From IMG/VR virus record IMGVR_UViG_3300024275_000009, positions 1-56,026 of that record: a DNA stretch of 56,026 nt. One strand, 5' to 3'. Numbering within the stretch: position 1 is the stretch's first letter; the number at the start of each line of letters is the position of its first letter. The stretch comes from a virus (Duplodnaviria > Caudoviricetes). Of this stretch, positions 43,206 to 52,996 are shown in pieces. Made by a program: the position numbers and the translations under genes. The notes under the pieces are model-generated. The model was not told where the DNA came from and did not search any database. It saw nothing but the letters and a program-made list of their open reading frames with translations.

Positions 43206-43397
43206 CTATCTTGGAATTAGTGTGTGAATCACAGCCTGGTACTCAGGCGTGTAGACGAGGCCGGAGCCCAAAGCCGTGAACAGAAGAACGATCAGCGCCA
43301 GCCGCATGATGACCAGCGCGAACTTGATGAACAGGTACACACCCAGAACAGCAATGCTCGCTGGCAGCAGCATGTTGAATATGGCTAGCGTTGTCAT
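43206..43397 (-). CDS. small membrane protein
   Basis: Two hydrophobic helices. Confidence 0.6.
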   Translation of the reverse strand: MTTLAIFNMLLPASIAVLGVYLFIKFALVIMRLALIVLLFTALGSGLVYTPEYQAVIHTLIPR

Positions 43398-43591
43398 TGT
43401 GTCGGCCCGTCCACGATGGCAAGAATGGACGAGCGGTAGACGACGTACTCGTGCTTCGACGTTTCGCCGATGACCTTCAGCGTGTCGCCTAAATCCTGCA
43501 GCACCTTACCACCACGCACGTCCTGGTGCTTGCGGCCCTCGTTCGGGTGCCGCCACCGAATGAACCTGCCCTCTAGGTTGTCTTCGGTCAT
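43394..43591 (-). CDS. hypothetical protein
   Basis: ATGA overlaps; AAGGAG RBS. Confidence 0.6.
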   Translation of the reverse strand: MTEDNLEGRFIRWRHPNEGRKHQDVRGGKVLQDLGDTLKVIGETSKHEYVVYRSSILAIVDGPTQ

Positions 43592-43791
43592 GACCGCTCC
43601 TTAACTTCACAAGCAATGGCGCAAGCATCCAGATCTGGCCAGCGCTCATTGCCTTGAACAACCTTCAAGGTAGAGCCGTCGGTGAAAACAATGAAGAGCC
43701 TGGAGTATTCTGCTTCAACGGTTGCCACCGTCTTCCCGACCAGACCTTGTGTTGCTTTGAGGCCTTTGGCGTGTTCTTTGTCGCTTGTCAT
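43588..43791 (-). CDS. hypothetical protein
   Basis: ATGA overlap; GGAGG RBS. Confidence 0.6.
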   Translation of the reverse strand: MTSDKEHAKGLKATQGLVGKTVATVEAEYSRLFIVFTDGSTLKVVQGNERWPDLDACAIACEVKERS

Positions 43792-44222
43792 GACCGCCTC
43801 CGCAATTCACCACGACGCTCGGCTGCAACCTCACCCTCAGACAACAGCTGCAACCCGCCCTTGTTATAAGCTGGCGCTACCCGGTTCTTGAACATCTTGG
43901 TTCGCTCAACGGCGTCGGCTTCCCGTTGCAGCATCTCGGGTGTTGCGTCACCAACGACGGCCGCGCGCTTCTTCCCATACGAAAGGTCGAAGCGTTCGGC
44001 TTCTGATTGTCTGTGTGTCACGGTTTGCTGTCGCGCGTACACCGGCATCTTCGATGCAACAAACGCCTGCTCGTGTGCCTTGGTACGTTGTGTACGTGCG
44101 AAGCCTGAGGTCCGGCTCTTCAGCTCGGCTACCTTGGCAACATCCCGTGCTACCTCCTGCTGTCGCTGCAGCTTAAGCTGCTCGCGTTTCTTTGCGGCCT
44201 TGGCCTTGCTCTTTAGGCTCAT
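43788..44222 (-). CDS. basic hypothetical protein
   Basis: VAPAYNKGGLQ motif looks like a conserved phage protein; GAGGGG RBS. Confidence 0.65.
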   Translation of the reverse strand: MSLKSKAKAAKKREQLKLQRQQEVARDVAKVAELKSRTSGFARTQRTKAHEQAFVASKMPVYARQQTVTHRQSEAERFDLSYGKKRAAVVGDATPEMLQREADAVERTKMFKNRVAPAYNKGGLQLLSEGEVAAERRGELRRRS

Positions 44223-44478
44223 TGCTGCCCCTCGGTACGATTGAGATCTGCATGTCGCAGTCCATTAGCTTGAGCGCTAGCTCAAAGTGAGAAAGCACGA
44301 CCGGGTAGTGTGGATGCAACAGCCGCCACACGATGGTACGTACCACCTCACGCTGCTCGTAGAAGTAACCTGGATGGCTATGCCAACGCTGTACCAGCTG
44401 TGATTGGCTGACACCCGATTCGGTCATTGCCTTCCGTACCACGTCTTTCAAGCGATGCTCGAAAGCCGAACGTTTCAT
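44173..44478 (-). CDS. hypothetical protein, possibly HTH-like
   Basis: GGAGG RBS; AMTESGVSQSQL resembles the start of an XRE-type HTH. Confidence 0.5.
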   Translation of the reverse strand: MKRSAFEHRLKDVVRKAMTESGVSQSQLVQRWHSHPGYFYEQREVVRTIVWRLLHPHYPVVLSHFELALKLMDCDMQISIVPRGSNEPKEQGQGRKETRAA

Positions 44479-44542
44479 TGTTTGCTGCCTCCGTAAAGGT
44501 AGGAAGGGGAGCCGCAGCTCCCCGTATGTGTTACGTCATTGT

Positions 44543-46213
44543 TTACTCGAAGCGATCGATGTGATACACCGAACGTACGCCTGCCGTTTCCACAATGAAG
44601 TCGTAGTAGCGGTAGGTGTTGCTGTTGTTGGACATCATCAAGCCCGATGCCTGCTGACCATCGAGATACGTCAGCTCGCCCTCATTCGAAAATTCTTCGA
44701 TGGTCTGGCGAACTTCGTGCAGTTGCCGATCCAGGTTGTAAGGAAACAATGCCAACCCGCCGTCGTTCTTCTGGTCGCAGCATCCCGCCAGAATGAATAG
44801 CACGCCGTCACTGCGGAATTTGAAACCCGGCGTCCATTGCGACGGCTTGGACACAATGCCGAGCACGTCGATCAGTTCACCGGCTTCCAGGTTCCACGAC
44901 TGGGCACGACTGCCGCCCTTGTACGTGTACCAGGTGAACGGGTTGCGTGCGTCCGGCTTGTCCCACATCAGGATCGGCTTGGCGTCTGCAACCGTTGCGG
45001 TGGTGATGCTGGTGTAGCTCAAGGCTACGGACGTCACACGATGCTGAATGCGAGTCGCATGCGGCAACACCGTACGTACGAAGCGGGTGAACGAGATCGT
45101 CTCCGGGGTGCTACCTTCGATCAACGTGTCCTTAGCCTGCCTGGACGCGTTGCGCAGATGGCCGAACACGGATGCCGACTTGGCTTCTTCAGCCTTGACC
45201 GGTGGCTTCCACGCGAACGCGCGCTCCGGCAACTCCGAAAGCAGCGCATGACGACGTTGCAACGACTCGACAATGCCCATCTTGCCGATCAGACCTTCCG
45301 CGCGCTTGATGTTGCCTTCCGACGCCGGCTTCTGCGCACGCTGATACGTCAGGCTGTCCGTCTTCAGTTTGAACGCGCGTTTGATGTGGTCGAGCGACTT
45401 GCCCTTCGCCACGTCCTCAACCAACGTGCCGACTGCCGTAGACTGAATATGCAGGAAGCCGTCCGGCGCTTCCGCAATAGCCGCCCACACCATATGCGAA
45501 CGCAGCACCGGCGCCTTCGTGTCGAGGAAGGCCTTCTGCAGATCGTAGAACCACTGCAACGGCCCAGTGAACTTCTGTGCCGACGCAGCCGACATGGTCT
45601 TTACGATGGTGAGCGCCTTGTGGACGTGGTCAATGTTCAACTCGCGCAGTGCTGCCGTGACGTTCTTGTGATCCGCCAGGCGGAACGCCATGTGCTGGCG
45701 ATGTGTGCGGTCCATGCGCGTGTACTTCTTGGAAGTCGGCCAGTCCGCGTAGAAGTGCACCCAGCTGTCACCGTTCGGAGCAACCGGACGCGCCGGCAAC
45801 GTGCTGTAGCCATAGTACTCAGACACCGGCTCACCCAGCACGTTGCGGTCCGAAGCAAACACCGTACGGATCGCGCCGGCTTCCACGAACATCTTCATCG
45901 ACTTGAAGGCTTCACGGTAGAAGCCAATCGGCGGCTCGCCCTGAAACATCGCCGATTGTATGCGACCTTCCTCGTCCAGGTACACCAGCGTGCCATACTT
46001 GTTCAGGAACTCACGGCAGCAGCTGCACGTGTGATACTGGCGTGATTCTTCCGGCAGCTTGGCCAGGTACAGATTGAACAGCTCTTTTTCGCCGGTCGAA
46101 CGAAACACCGAATAATTCTGCGCGACTTGATCGAACGTCGCGGCCAGCTGCGTGCGGAACGCCAGGAAGTCAGCGTTGTGAACCGTGCCATCGTATTCAA
46201 CTACCGTGCTCAT
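44543..46213 (-). CDS. conserved-looking phage hypothetical protein (556 aa)
   Basis: HTCSCCREF Cys cluster; AAGGA RBS. Confidence 0.75.
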   Translation of the reverse strand: MSTVVEYDGTVHNADFLAFRTQLAATFDQVAQNYSVFRSTGEKELFNLYLAKLPEESRQYHTCSCCREFLNKYGTLVYLDEEGRIQSAMFQGEPPIGFYREAFKSMKMFVEAGAIRTVFASDRNVLGEPVSEYYGYSTLPARPVAPNGDSWVHFYADWPTSKKYTRMDRTHRQHMAFRLADHKNVTAALRELNIDHVHKALTIVKTMSAASAQKFTGPLQWFYDLQKAFLDTKAPVLRSHMVWAAIAEAPDGFLHIQSTAVGTLVEDVAKGKSLDHIKRAFKLKTDSLTYQRAQKPASEGNIKRAEGLIGKMGIVESLQRRHALLSELPERAFAWKPPVKAEEAKSASVFGHLRNASRQAKDTLIEGSTPETISFTRFVRTVLPHATRIQHRVTSVALSYTSITTATVADAKPILMWDKPDARNPFTWYTYKGGSRAQSWNLEAGELIDVLGIVSKPSQWTPGFKFRSDGVLFILAGCCDQKNDGGLALFPYNLDRQLHEVRQTIEEFSNEGELTYLDGQQASGLMMSNNSNTYRYYDFIVETAGVRSVYHIDRFE

Positions 46214-46250
46214 GATCTTGGTCCTTATTGATTGACTGTTACGTCGTTAT

Positions 46251-46478
46251 TTACTTCTTGGCCTTTTTCGCTTTCTTTTCGGCCTTGGCGCGCTCGTCGC
46301 GGACCGCATACTGTGCGGTGGTCGATGCCACGTCGCTCAGAATGAACAGGATCTCGGCTTGCGACAAATCGTACTTTGTTGCCAGCGTCTGTAGAAGGTA
46401 CTCGGTCAGATCGCACTTGGCCAGAGCTACCTGATGTACACGCTGATGCACATACTGATTCAGTTGTGGTAGCTCCAT
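46251..46478 (-). CDS. hypothetical protein
   Basis: GGAG RBS. Confidence 0.55.
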   Translation of the reverse strand: MELPQLNQYVHQRVHQVALAKCDLTEYLLQTLATKYDLSQAEILFILSDVASTTAQYAVRDERAKAEKKAKKAKK

Positions 46479-46479
46479 G

Positions 46480-46890
46480 TCAGCTCCGCTGCTTGACAGC
46501 GCGCTCAGGCAGCGACGAATGCTGACTCGACAGCTCTGGATGCGTGCGGCGGAAGTCGATCAGGTATTCCATGACATGGGCATAGTCGTCCGGGATGTGG
46601 ACGTGCGTCTGGCCCTTGTCATCCAGCTTGAACTCGATCTTCTTCATCCACGGGAAGTGATGGAAGTCGCTGTATTCGGCTATCAACGAACCCAGCATGT
46701 CGTTGAGCTCCTTCGCTTCGACACGCGACGGCGACCACGGATCGCCCAGCTTGAGGCTCGGATGCTTCTGCATCGCATACGCGGTATATGCCGTGTTGCA
46801 CAGATCGAGCAGGTGCTGCAGGGTGATCGGCTCGCTGTTGAGGTGTTGAACGTCGGTGTAGTGGTTGCGTACTTCTTGTGGTACCTGCAT
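46480..46890 (-). CDS. hypothetical protein
   Basis: GAGG RBS. Confidence 0.6.
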   Translation of the reverse strand: MQVPQEVRNHYTDVQHLNSEPITLQHLLDLCNTAYTAYAMQKHPSLKLGDPWSPSRVEAKELNDMLGSLIAEYSDFHHFPWMKKIEFKLDDKGQTHVHIPDDYAHVMEYLIDFRRTHPELSSQHSSLPERAVKQRS

Positions 46891-46898
46891 TGCTTACC

Positions 46899-47156
46899 TC
46901 ACGGAACGTAATGGTTACGACACACGAACTGCTGCGGGTTGGCGTCGCGCTTTGCCTGGCAATGAACGCAGAAACGCGCATGCGGGATGGCACGCAAACG
47001 CGCTTCAGGAATCGGCAAACCGCAATCTTCGTCCTGACACATGCCCGACTCGTTGTCGTTCACCGACTGCTTGAGCTTGTGAAGCGCCAACGAATCTTCG
47101 ACATGGTATTGCTCGGCGAGGTGATGCCCGTCCGAGCCGATGTAACTTGAGGCCAT
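46899..47156 (-). CDS. DksA/TraR C4-type zinc finger protein
   Basis: CQDEDCGLPIPEARLRAIPHARFCVHCQ signature. Confidence 0.88.
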   Translation of the reverse strand: MASSYIGSDGHHLAEQYHVEDSLALHKLKQSVNDNESGMCQDEDCGLPIPEARLRAIPHARFCVHCQAKRDANPQQFVCRNHYVP

Positions 47157-47167
47157 ACAACGAATCC

Positions 47168-47458
47168 TCACATATCAATGTTGAGCTGCCGGGTCGCCGG
47201 GTCGCGCTTCATACGCGTCTCCGAGCCGCGCGGGTAGTAATAGAAGTCGCCCGTTTCCGGATCCTGTATTGAGACGGCAACGCCCGGCTGTACGCCAGGC
47301 ATGCGCCGCATCAATCGTACATGCTCGATGTACGGGTCACGGTCGGGCTCCTCGGACAAGTGACGCATGATCTTGCGAAACTTGTAGCTCATGTAGACGG
47401 TGCTCGCTATCACGAACACGACTAACGCAACGGCGATGACTGTCTGTGCGGTTGTCAT
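47168..47458 (-). CDS. membrane-anchored protein
   Basis: N-terminal hydrophobic helix. Confidence 0.6.
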   Translation of the reverse strand: MTTAQTVIAVALVVFVIASTVYMSYKFRKIMRHLSEEPDRDPYIEHVRLMRRMPGVQPGVAVSIQDPETGDFYYYPRGSETRMKRDPATRQLNIDM

Positions 47459-47467
47459 GTTCGATCC

Positions 47468-48010
47468 TCAGTAAATGAACTTGCCATCCACGTAGGCGCG
47501 GGCACCACGCCCCGGCAGCCCGGCTTGCGCGTCAACCACCGCGCGAACGTCAGCCGGTTCGTCATCGTCCATCTCGGGCGCGTCCGGGATGTCATCCAGA
47601 TCATCGCCCCAGTCGTCATCGTGATCCGCGGCGCACGACTCGGCCGGGTCGTAATGATCGTCCCGGGCGTCCAGTTCCTCAGCCAGGCGATCATTCTCAC
47701 GCTTCACGCAGGCACCGCACACGCGATACACCGGACCGCACGACCCTTCTTCGAAGTCGCGCTTGTTGCGCAGGTCGGTCGCGTGTTGCTTGCACCAGTC
47801 GCAACAGCCGCTGCGATCCTCGGCCAGCTGCGACTTCATCGTGGCGTAGCACTCGTCGCACATATCATTCAGCTCGGCGCCGAACGAATCGGTTTCGCCC
47901 TGCACCCGTTTGACTGCGAGACGGTCTGGATGGTCGTCGCACTTCGTGCCTTCCGGAACAGCGTGCAGCGCGCCAGGCAGGGTCGAGCAGGGGCCGATAA
48001 CGTGAGCCAT
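47468..48010 (-). CDS. Cys-rich zinc-binding hypothetical protein
   Basis: CDDH, CDEC, CDWC and CGAC motifs; acidic tail; AAGGAG RBS at ATG 48010. Confidence 0.7.
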   Translation of the reverse strand: MAHVIGPCSTLPGALHAVPEGTKCDDHPDRLAVKRVQGETDSFGAELNDMCDECYATMKSQLAEDRSGCCDWCKQHATDLRNKRDFEEGSCGPVYRVCGACVKRENDRLAEELDARDDHYDPAESCAADHDDDWGDDLDDIPDAPEMDDDEPADVRAVVDAQAGLPGRGARAYVDGKFIY

Positions 48011-48050
48011 GGTGTTTCTCCTTTTCTGTAGGGAGGATTGGTTGTTGGTT

Positions 48051-48143
48051 TTACAGCGAATAGAACAGCGCGGTTGCGAGCGTGACACCGAATGCCGCGG
48101 TGGTGACGATTGCGAACACGCGCGAGTTGATGATTGCCTGCAT
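48051..48143 (-). CDS. 30-aa hydrophobic microprotein (not in ORF track)
   Basis: GAGG RBS; MQAIINSRVFAIVTTAAFGVTLATALFYSL*. Confidence 0.55.
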   Translation of the reverse strand: MQAIINSRVFAIVTTAAFGVTLATALFYSL

Positions 48144-48183
48144 GGTTTACCTCGAAACAAAGTTGTGAATTACGATTGAACGA

Positions 48184-48693
48184 TCAGACCGACAACACCA
48201 ACGTTGCGTCCTCGGTTGCGATCACCGAGTGATTCGCAAAATCCTTGTTGGCATTGCGGCCACGCCACACCACGGTCATGATGGTGCCGTCGATATGCTC
48301 GACGACTGCCAGTGCCACCTTGCCGACCACGCCTTCGTGCGCGGCAAGCTGATCCTTGCGCACAGCCGACACGATGTCCCCAACCTTCACCGGCGGCCGG
48401 GCTACTGCGCCGACGACCGGTTCGTTGATGATCCATTTGACACGCTCACCAAACACCGGCTTGGACGAGAACGCGTAGTAGAACGTGTCATCGAACTCTT
48501 CGTCACGACGCCATTGCGCGAACGCAAGATGGTTGTTGGCATCGAGCCAGATGTCTTCGCCGAACGGCTGCTGAAACGTGCGGCCGTAGAAACGGAAGCC
48601 CAGTGCTTCGACTTCGCGGCGTGCCTGGTTGACGGTACGTGCCGCCGTCACGAAACGATGGAAGTCGCCTTGCTTAACGAAATGTTTTTCCAT
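48184..48693 (-). CDS. hypothetical protein
   Basis: AAGGGG RBS. Confidence 0.6.
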   Translation of the reverse strand: MEKHFVKQGDFHRFVTAARTVNQARREVEALGFRFYGRTFQQPFGEDIWLDANNHLAFAQWRRDEEFDDTFYYAFSSKPVFGERVKWIINEPVVGAVARPPVKVGDIVSAVRKDQLAAHEGVVGKVALAVVEHIDGTIMTVVWRGRNANKDFANHSVIATEDATLVLSV

Positions 48694-48770
48694 GATGCGG
48701 TCCCCTTTCTTCGGTCGCTAGAATTCTGATGCCCCGTTGCCGGGGCTGTGTGGTTGATTGATTGTGTTGC

Positions 48771-49382
48771 TTAGCACCCGCCGCGCTTCATGCTGTTCAG
48801 CCATTGCGCTTCGGTGGCCATCACTTTCGTCGGCACATCGTTTTTCGACGGCTCGATCCAATTCGGATTGGTTACGTCCATCGACTTGAACCCCATCTCC
48901 TTGAGCTGCAGGATGATGGCTGTGCGATCCGCCGGCGACAACCTGCCGCCGTTGTTTTCTCCGTTCCAGTACGCACGACCCGCACGGTTGCCCATCTCGT
49001 CAAAACCCTCGCCTTTCGCTGCGATCAGCAGCTGGTCGTCGGTGGCTTCGTCGAGCTTGCGCAGCCGCGTCTCGACCAGCACCTTGTTCCTGCGCAGGTA
49101 TTGCTCGAGCTCGACCGTCGAACGCACGTGCTGACGAGTCATGCGCGTCGGTTCGTTGGAGTAGCGATTGACGAACTCGATCTCGACGTAGCGCGTGACG
49201 TAATGCACATACACCCGCGCGCCGTGTGACGTTACCGTGCTGTTCAGCACAAGCACATCGCAGTTCGCATCGTCTGCCGCCACGTCTGCCGATACGTTCA
49301 ACCTGTCGAACTGATCGAAGTACGTTGCCAACACGACCGACGCTTCGCGCGCTGCATTGAACACTGCTTGCTTCTTGCTCAT
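48771..49382 (-). CDS. hypothetical protein (likely early)
   Basis: AAGGAG RBS; first gene after an intergenic promoter-like region. Confidence 0.65.
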   Translation of the reverse strand: MSKKQAVFNAAREASVVLATYFDQFDRLNVSADVAADDANCDVLVLNSTVTSHGARVYVHYVTRYVEIEFVNRYSNEPTRMTRQHVRSTVELEQYLRRNKVLVETRLRKLDEATDDQLLIAAKGEGFDEMGNRAGRAYWNGENNGGRLSPADRTAIILQLKEMGFKSMDVTNPNWIEPSKNDVPTKVMATEAQWLNSMKRGGC

Positions 49383-49441
49383 TTTCTGCTCCTTTTCTTA
49401 GGGGGCTGATTCTGTTTTTCCGGGGTGATTTCCCACACCAT

Positions 49442-49450
49442 ATTTTATCA
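49442..49450 (-). promoter_or_regulatory. candidate extended -10 host sigma70 promoter (TGATAAAAT)
   Basis: TGnTAAAAT in a ~190-nt intergenic gap; no good -35. Confidence 0.4.
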
Positions 49451-49570
49451 TGCGCCCGACCGCAACGGGCGACCGAAGGCTGAAAGTGTTGTGAAAAGAC
49501 AACACCCCGAAACCCGCATCAATAGGGGCGTTCGGGGGCGTGTTTTTGCGGCTTTTCGCGTTGTCGCGCG

Positions 49571-50251
49571 TCAGTCGAGAAATTGCGGTGAGGACGGGGC
49601 GATATACGCGATGGCGTGCCTGGCGGCGAGCGCGGACGCGTATGAAGCAGCGCTTTCCTCATGGTCGAAACATTCACGCGAAGCACGCGGGTGCAGGTCG
49701 TACGCGTGCTTGTATTCACGGCGCAGCGTGATTGCGGTACGGTCGACGCCGGTCCACACGATGATGAATCGTTGCCGCATGAAAGCGGCTTCATCGTTCT
49801 CCTGCTCGGTCTTACGCTTTTGCCACTCGGCGGACAGCGCAGCCAGCTTGCTGCTGTTGAGGCTCGACAGCGCACTCTCGAGCCGCTTCATCGCGTTATA
49901 GGCGATCTCACGGTCGACCGGATCCATCGGCAGGTTGTTGTTGCACAGCGGCAGGTGAATGACGTGCAACAGGTCAGCCAACACCGCGCAGTCGACCAGC
50001 GACAGGCCTTTGTTGACGTCAGCTACCACCGGCGACCAACCAATCTCCATCAGCCGCTCGAACAGCTTGTCGAATGCTGAATGGAATGCGTGGAACAACA
50101 GCTGCGGTGCCACGTCGGCATTGCGTGCGCCCATCGCCGAACCATACTTCGACACGACCAGACGCAGGTCCTTGACGGTGGTTACCGTTGCCAGCTCGGC
50201 AAGTGCGTTGTCCGCAAACTTGCTCATATCGTCATAGTGACGGTCGCTCAT
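49571..50251 (-). CDS. hypothetical protein
   Basis: ATGA overlap; AAGGA RBS. Confidence 0.6.
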   Translation of the reverse strand: MSDRHYDDMSKFADNALAELATVTTVKDLRLVVSKYGSAMGARNADVAPQLLFHAFHSAFDKLFERLMEIGWSPVVADVNKGLSLVDCAVLADLLHVIHLPLCNNNLPMDPVDREIAYNAMKRLESALSSLNSSKLAALSAEWQKRKTEQENDEAAFMRQRFIIVWTGVDRTAITLRREYKHAYDLHPRASRECFDHEESAASYASALAARHAIAYIAPSSPQFLD

Positions 50252-50727
50252 ACTTCCTTCTCCTCGGTTTGGCGATAGCGCCAGTGGGTCACGCCCTGCA
50301 TAACCACGCCGGCGTAATAGAAATGGGGATACGGATCCTTCGGATCGTTGGCGCGTACGCCGTAGAACGCCGGCACTTCCTTATCGACGTCCGACAGCCA
50401 GATGTCCACGGCAATACCGAACGAGTTGGCCGTCAGATCGCACACCGGCAGCTGTTGCTTGACCGAATAGCGCGGCTCGAACGGTCGCGACTTGATACCT
50501 TCGATAGCGTCGGTCACCCACTGCGGAACGTTGCCACGTTTGGCGACCTCGGCTGCCGCATCAAACGCATCGTTGCGCCAGCGCGTGACTTCATCGCGGC
50601 TATACATGCCCGGCACGTGCTCGCCTTCCTCCCGTGCGCGACGCAGCCCTTCCTTGACCCCTGCGTCGAAGATCTCCTGGCCTTTCGCAAACGGCCTGGT
50701 TGCAATGAATGCGTGGTAGGTTGTCAT
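50248..50727 (-). CDS. hypothetical protein
   Basis: Start at ATG 50727; ends VTHWR, like DUF551-type C-termini. Confidence 0.55.
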   Translation of the reverse strand: MTTYHAFIATRPFAKGQEIFDAGVKEGLRRAREEGEHVPGMYSRDEVTRWRNDAFDAAAEVAKRGNVPQWVTDAIEGIKSRPFEPRYSVKQQLPVCDLTANSFGIAVDIWLSDVDKEVPAFYGVRANDPKDPYPHFYYAGVVMQGVTHWRYRQTEEKEV

Positions 50728-50954
50728 TTGATGGTTCCCCTTGCCTTGGACCGCACTGCCCAGCCGACCAGCGCGCTGAGGGGCTTCGGCGGTACGTTCT
50801 GTGTGGTTTGCGCCTGCAGGTTCTCTTTGTTGTTCTCCATCTGATGCTTGTACCACTGCCGATGCTGGCTCATCTGCATCAGCATGCCGTCAAGCGGCGT
50901 TGCCGGCGGGATACCCAGATTGGCCGGGGCAGGCCCAGCCTTGCGCAGCTCCAT
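50724..50954 (-). CDS. hypothetical protein
   Basis: ATG 50954 immediately after the upstream stop. Confidence 0.45.
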   Translation of the reverse strand: MELRKAGPAPANLGIPPATPLDGMLMQMSQHRQWYKHQMENNKENLQAQTTQNVPPKPLSALVGWAVRSKARGTIK

Positions 50955-50955
50955 G

Positions 50956-51831
50956 CTAGTGCGTAGTTGAGCTGCCTTCGATGTACCCGGCTTGCGTTGT
51001 TTTGTCTTCGACACTTGAATTCTCCGTGGCGCAGTTGTTGATAATGACGAAACGGTCCGGCTGCATGATAGCTGCCTGCACATCAATGACCGCCGAGAAC
51101 TCGAGTCGATCCGTGTACTCGGGATTGTGCTTGATGATGCGCTCGTTGGTATCGCCGTAGACGAGGGCGATAGCATTCCAGCCGAGCTTGGCTACAGCGC
51201 GCGGCAGTGCGATACGCACCGGCGAGATGCAGTAGACACCCAGCGGCATTAGCGTCGTGAAGCGTGCGAGGATCATTTGATCCGGCTGCATCACCGCCTG
51301 TTCAGCAGTGAACGGATTCTCGACCGCGCCCTCCATCGAGTGGTTGTGTGCGAACTCGCGGTTCACGTTGGCTCCAACGAAAGCGAAACGATTGGCAGTG
51401 CCGCCGTCTTCTTCGTCGAAACGTTCTGAAGCTTCGCAGTAGCCACCGAACTGCATGATGGTGGCCTTGGCGTGCACTGCCGAATAGAACAGACGGTCAA
51501 CGCCGACCTGCAACGCGGACAGCATGCCGATGATCTTGTCTTCATCAGGCCGCTTGCGCAACGAGATAGCAGGCCGCATCACCATTTGCAGCGTCGGCAC
51601 CTCGCCGATCTCGGTAGCGATGCCCACCCTGGTCGGTGAGTACATCGTCACGTCACCCGGAGACATCATCGGCTCGTTGTCGAAGCCCAACACGCGGGAC
51701 ATCATGCAGTCGCCGAGCAAAGCCGTCGACCAGCCGGCCACGATGTAGGGGATCGCCTCGAACTGATCCTTGTCGTATGCGTCCAGCACTTGCTTGACGG
51801 CTTCGTCCATCAGAAATTTTTGATGTTGCAT
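50956..51831 (-). CDS. hypothetical protein
   Basis: 291-aa ORF. Confidence 0.65.
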   Translation of the reverse strand: MQHQKFLMDEAVKQVLDAYDKDQFEAIPYIVAGWSTALLGDCMMSRVLGFDNEPMMSPGDVTMYSPTRVGIATEIGEVPTLQMVMRPAISLRKRPDEDKIIGMLSALQVGVDRLFYSAVHAKATIMQFGGYCEASERFDEEDGGTANRFAFVGANVNREFAHNHSMEGAVENPFTAEQAVMQPDQMILARFTTLMPLGVYCISPVRIALPRAVAKLGWNAIALVYGDTNERIIKHNPEYTDRLEFSAVIDVQAAIMQPDRFVIINNCATENSSVEDKTTQAGYIEGSSTTH

Positions 51832-51841
51832 GATTGGTTGG

Positions 51842-52285
51842 TTACCCTCGTTGTTGACGAATGCGTTTCTTGATGCGCGGGATTGCGCGTTGCATCCACG
51901 ACACTTCCTGCTCAGCCTTTGTCTTCGGCAGTTTGAATTGCCACCGTGGCTGGGCCGAAGACAACCGGCCGGTTACGGTGCCGTGCCAGTTACTGAGGTC
52001 GGAACGGTCGGCGTACAGAATCGGGAACGCCAGCGCCTTCCATCGACCACGTTCGCGGCTGTCCTCGAACTCATACTCGGGGTTGTCCAAAGCAATGCGC
52101 GCTGCTGCGAGAATCACATCGCAGTTGTGCTTCGCCTTACCGGACACGAAGTCTTCGATGGCACGCAGGAACTTCAGCTGCGGATCGTCGGCCGCCACGT
52201 GAAAGGCGATCACCTTCTTGTCGTGACCGGCTGCATGCGACACCACCCCGACCATGCGCGTCCTTGGAATGTTGCGTACCTTCAT
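51842..52285 (-). CDS. hypothetical protein
   Basis: ATGA overlap at 52285; contains GTVTGRLSSAQP. Confidence 0.55.
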   Translation of the reverse strand: MKVRNIPRTRMVGVVSHAAGHDKKVIAFHVAADDPQLKFLRAIEDFVSGKAKHNCDVILAAARIALDNPEYEFEDSRERGRWKALAFPILYADRSDLSNWHGTVTGRLSSAQPRWQFKLPKTKAEQEVSWMQRAIPRIKKRIRQQRG

Positions 52286-52965
52286 TGTTCGTTCCCCCGT
52301 TCCCATTCTGTCGGTTGTTGCATTTCTTGCTGCTTCTTTTTCGCAGCTTCCTCGTCTCGGGCCTTCTTGCGCGCTTCACGCGCTGCGTCCTTGCGCCGCT
52401 GGTTGGCACGGTCCAGCTTGACCAGGTTGTCGTGCCGCGTGCGCATGCTATGCGCTTTGATGCGATGTGCCTCGTCCGCGTCGAAGAGAATCATCAACTC
52501 GAACTGCTTCTTGAAATCCGCCATCCGCGTGAGCGAATGATTCAACGTATCCCGGTGCCGCAATCGACCGTTGAACTTCAACACAGGCGCCGCCTCCCAT
52601 TTGAAGTTCGTTATCGCCCACAGCATGCCCGCCTCGGTTGGAGCGAACACCGGCGACTCATACGACACATAACCCTGCTTGTCCGTCTGCAGTGTACGCG
52701 CTTGCTTGTCGGGGAGGAATCGCGCCTGTACGCGTCCGACCTCGACCATCAACCCCAAACTACACAGCTTCTTGCACGTCGCGGCGATCTGCAGTATCGC
52801 CGGTCGCGGGCTGTTCGGTCCTGCCGTGTTCAACATGGTCTTGAACGTATGCGGCGCGATCTTCCAGATGTGCGTCGGCCGCAAGCCCTTGACTCCCAAT
52901 CGTGTCCACTCGGGAAACTGAATGAACACGCCCAGCACAGCCCGTTGCCTCAGGTCCAGCTGCAT
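52282..52965 (-). CDS. hypothetical protein
   Basis: AAGGA RBS; coiled-coil C-terminus. Confidence 0.6.
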   Translation of the reverse strand: MQLDLRQRAVLGVFIQFPEWTRLGVKGLRPTHIWKIAPHTFKTMLNTAGPNSPRPAILQIAATCKKLCSLGLMVEVGRVQARFLPDKQARTLQTDKQGYVSYESPVFAPTEAGMLWAITNFKWEAAPVLKFNGRLRHRDTLNHSLTRMADFKKQFELMILFDADEAHRIKAHSMRTRHDNLVKLDRANQRRKDAAREARKKARDEEAAKKKQQEMQQPTEWERGNEQ

Positions 52966-52996
52966 TAAATGATCCTTTTCTTAAGGATGGTGAACT

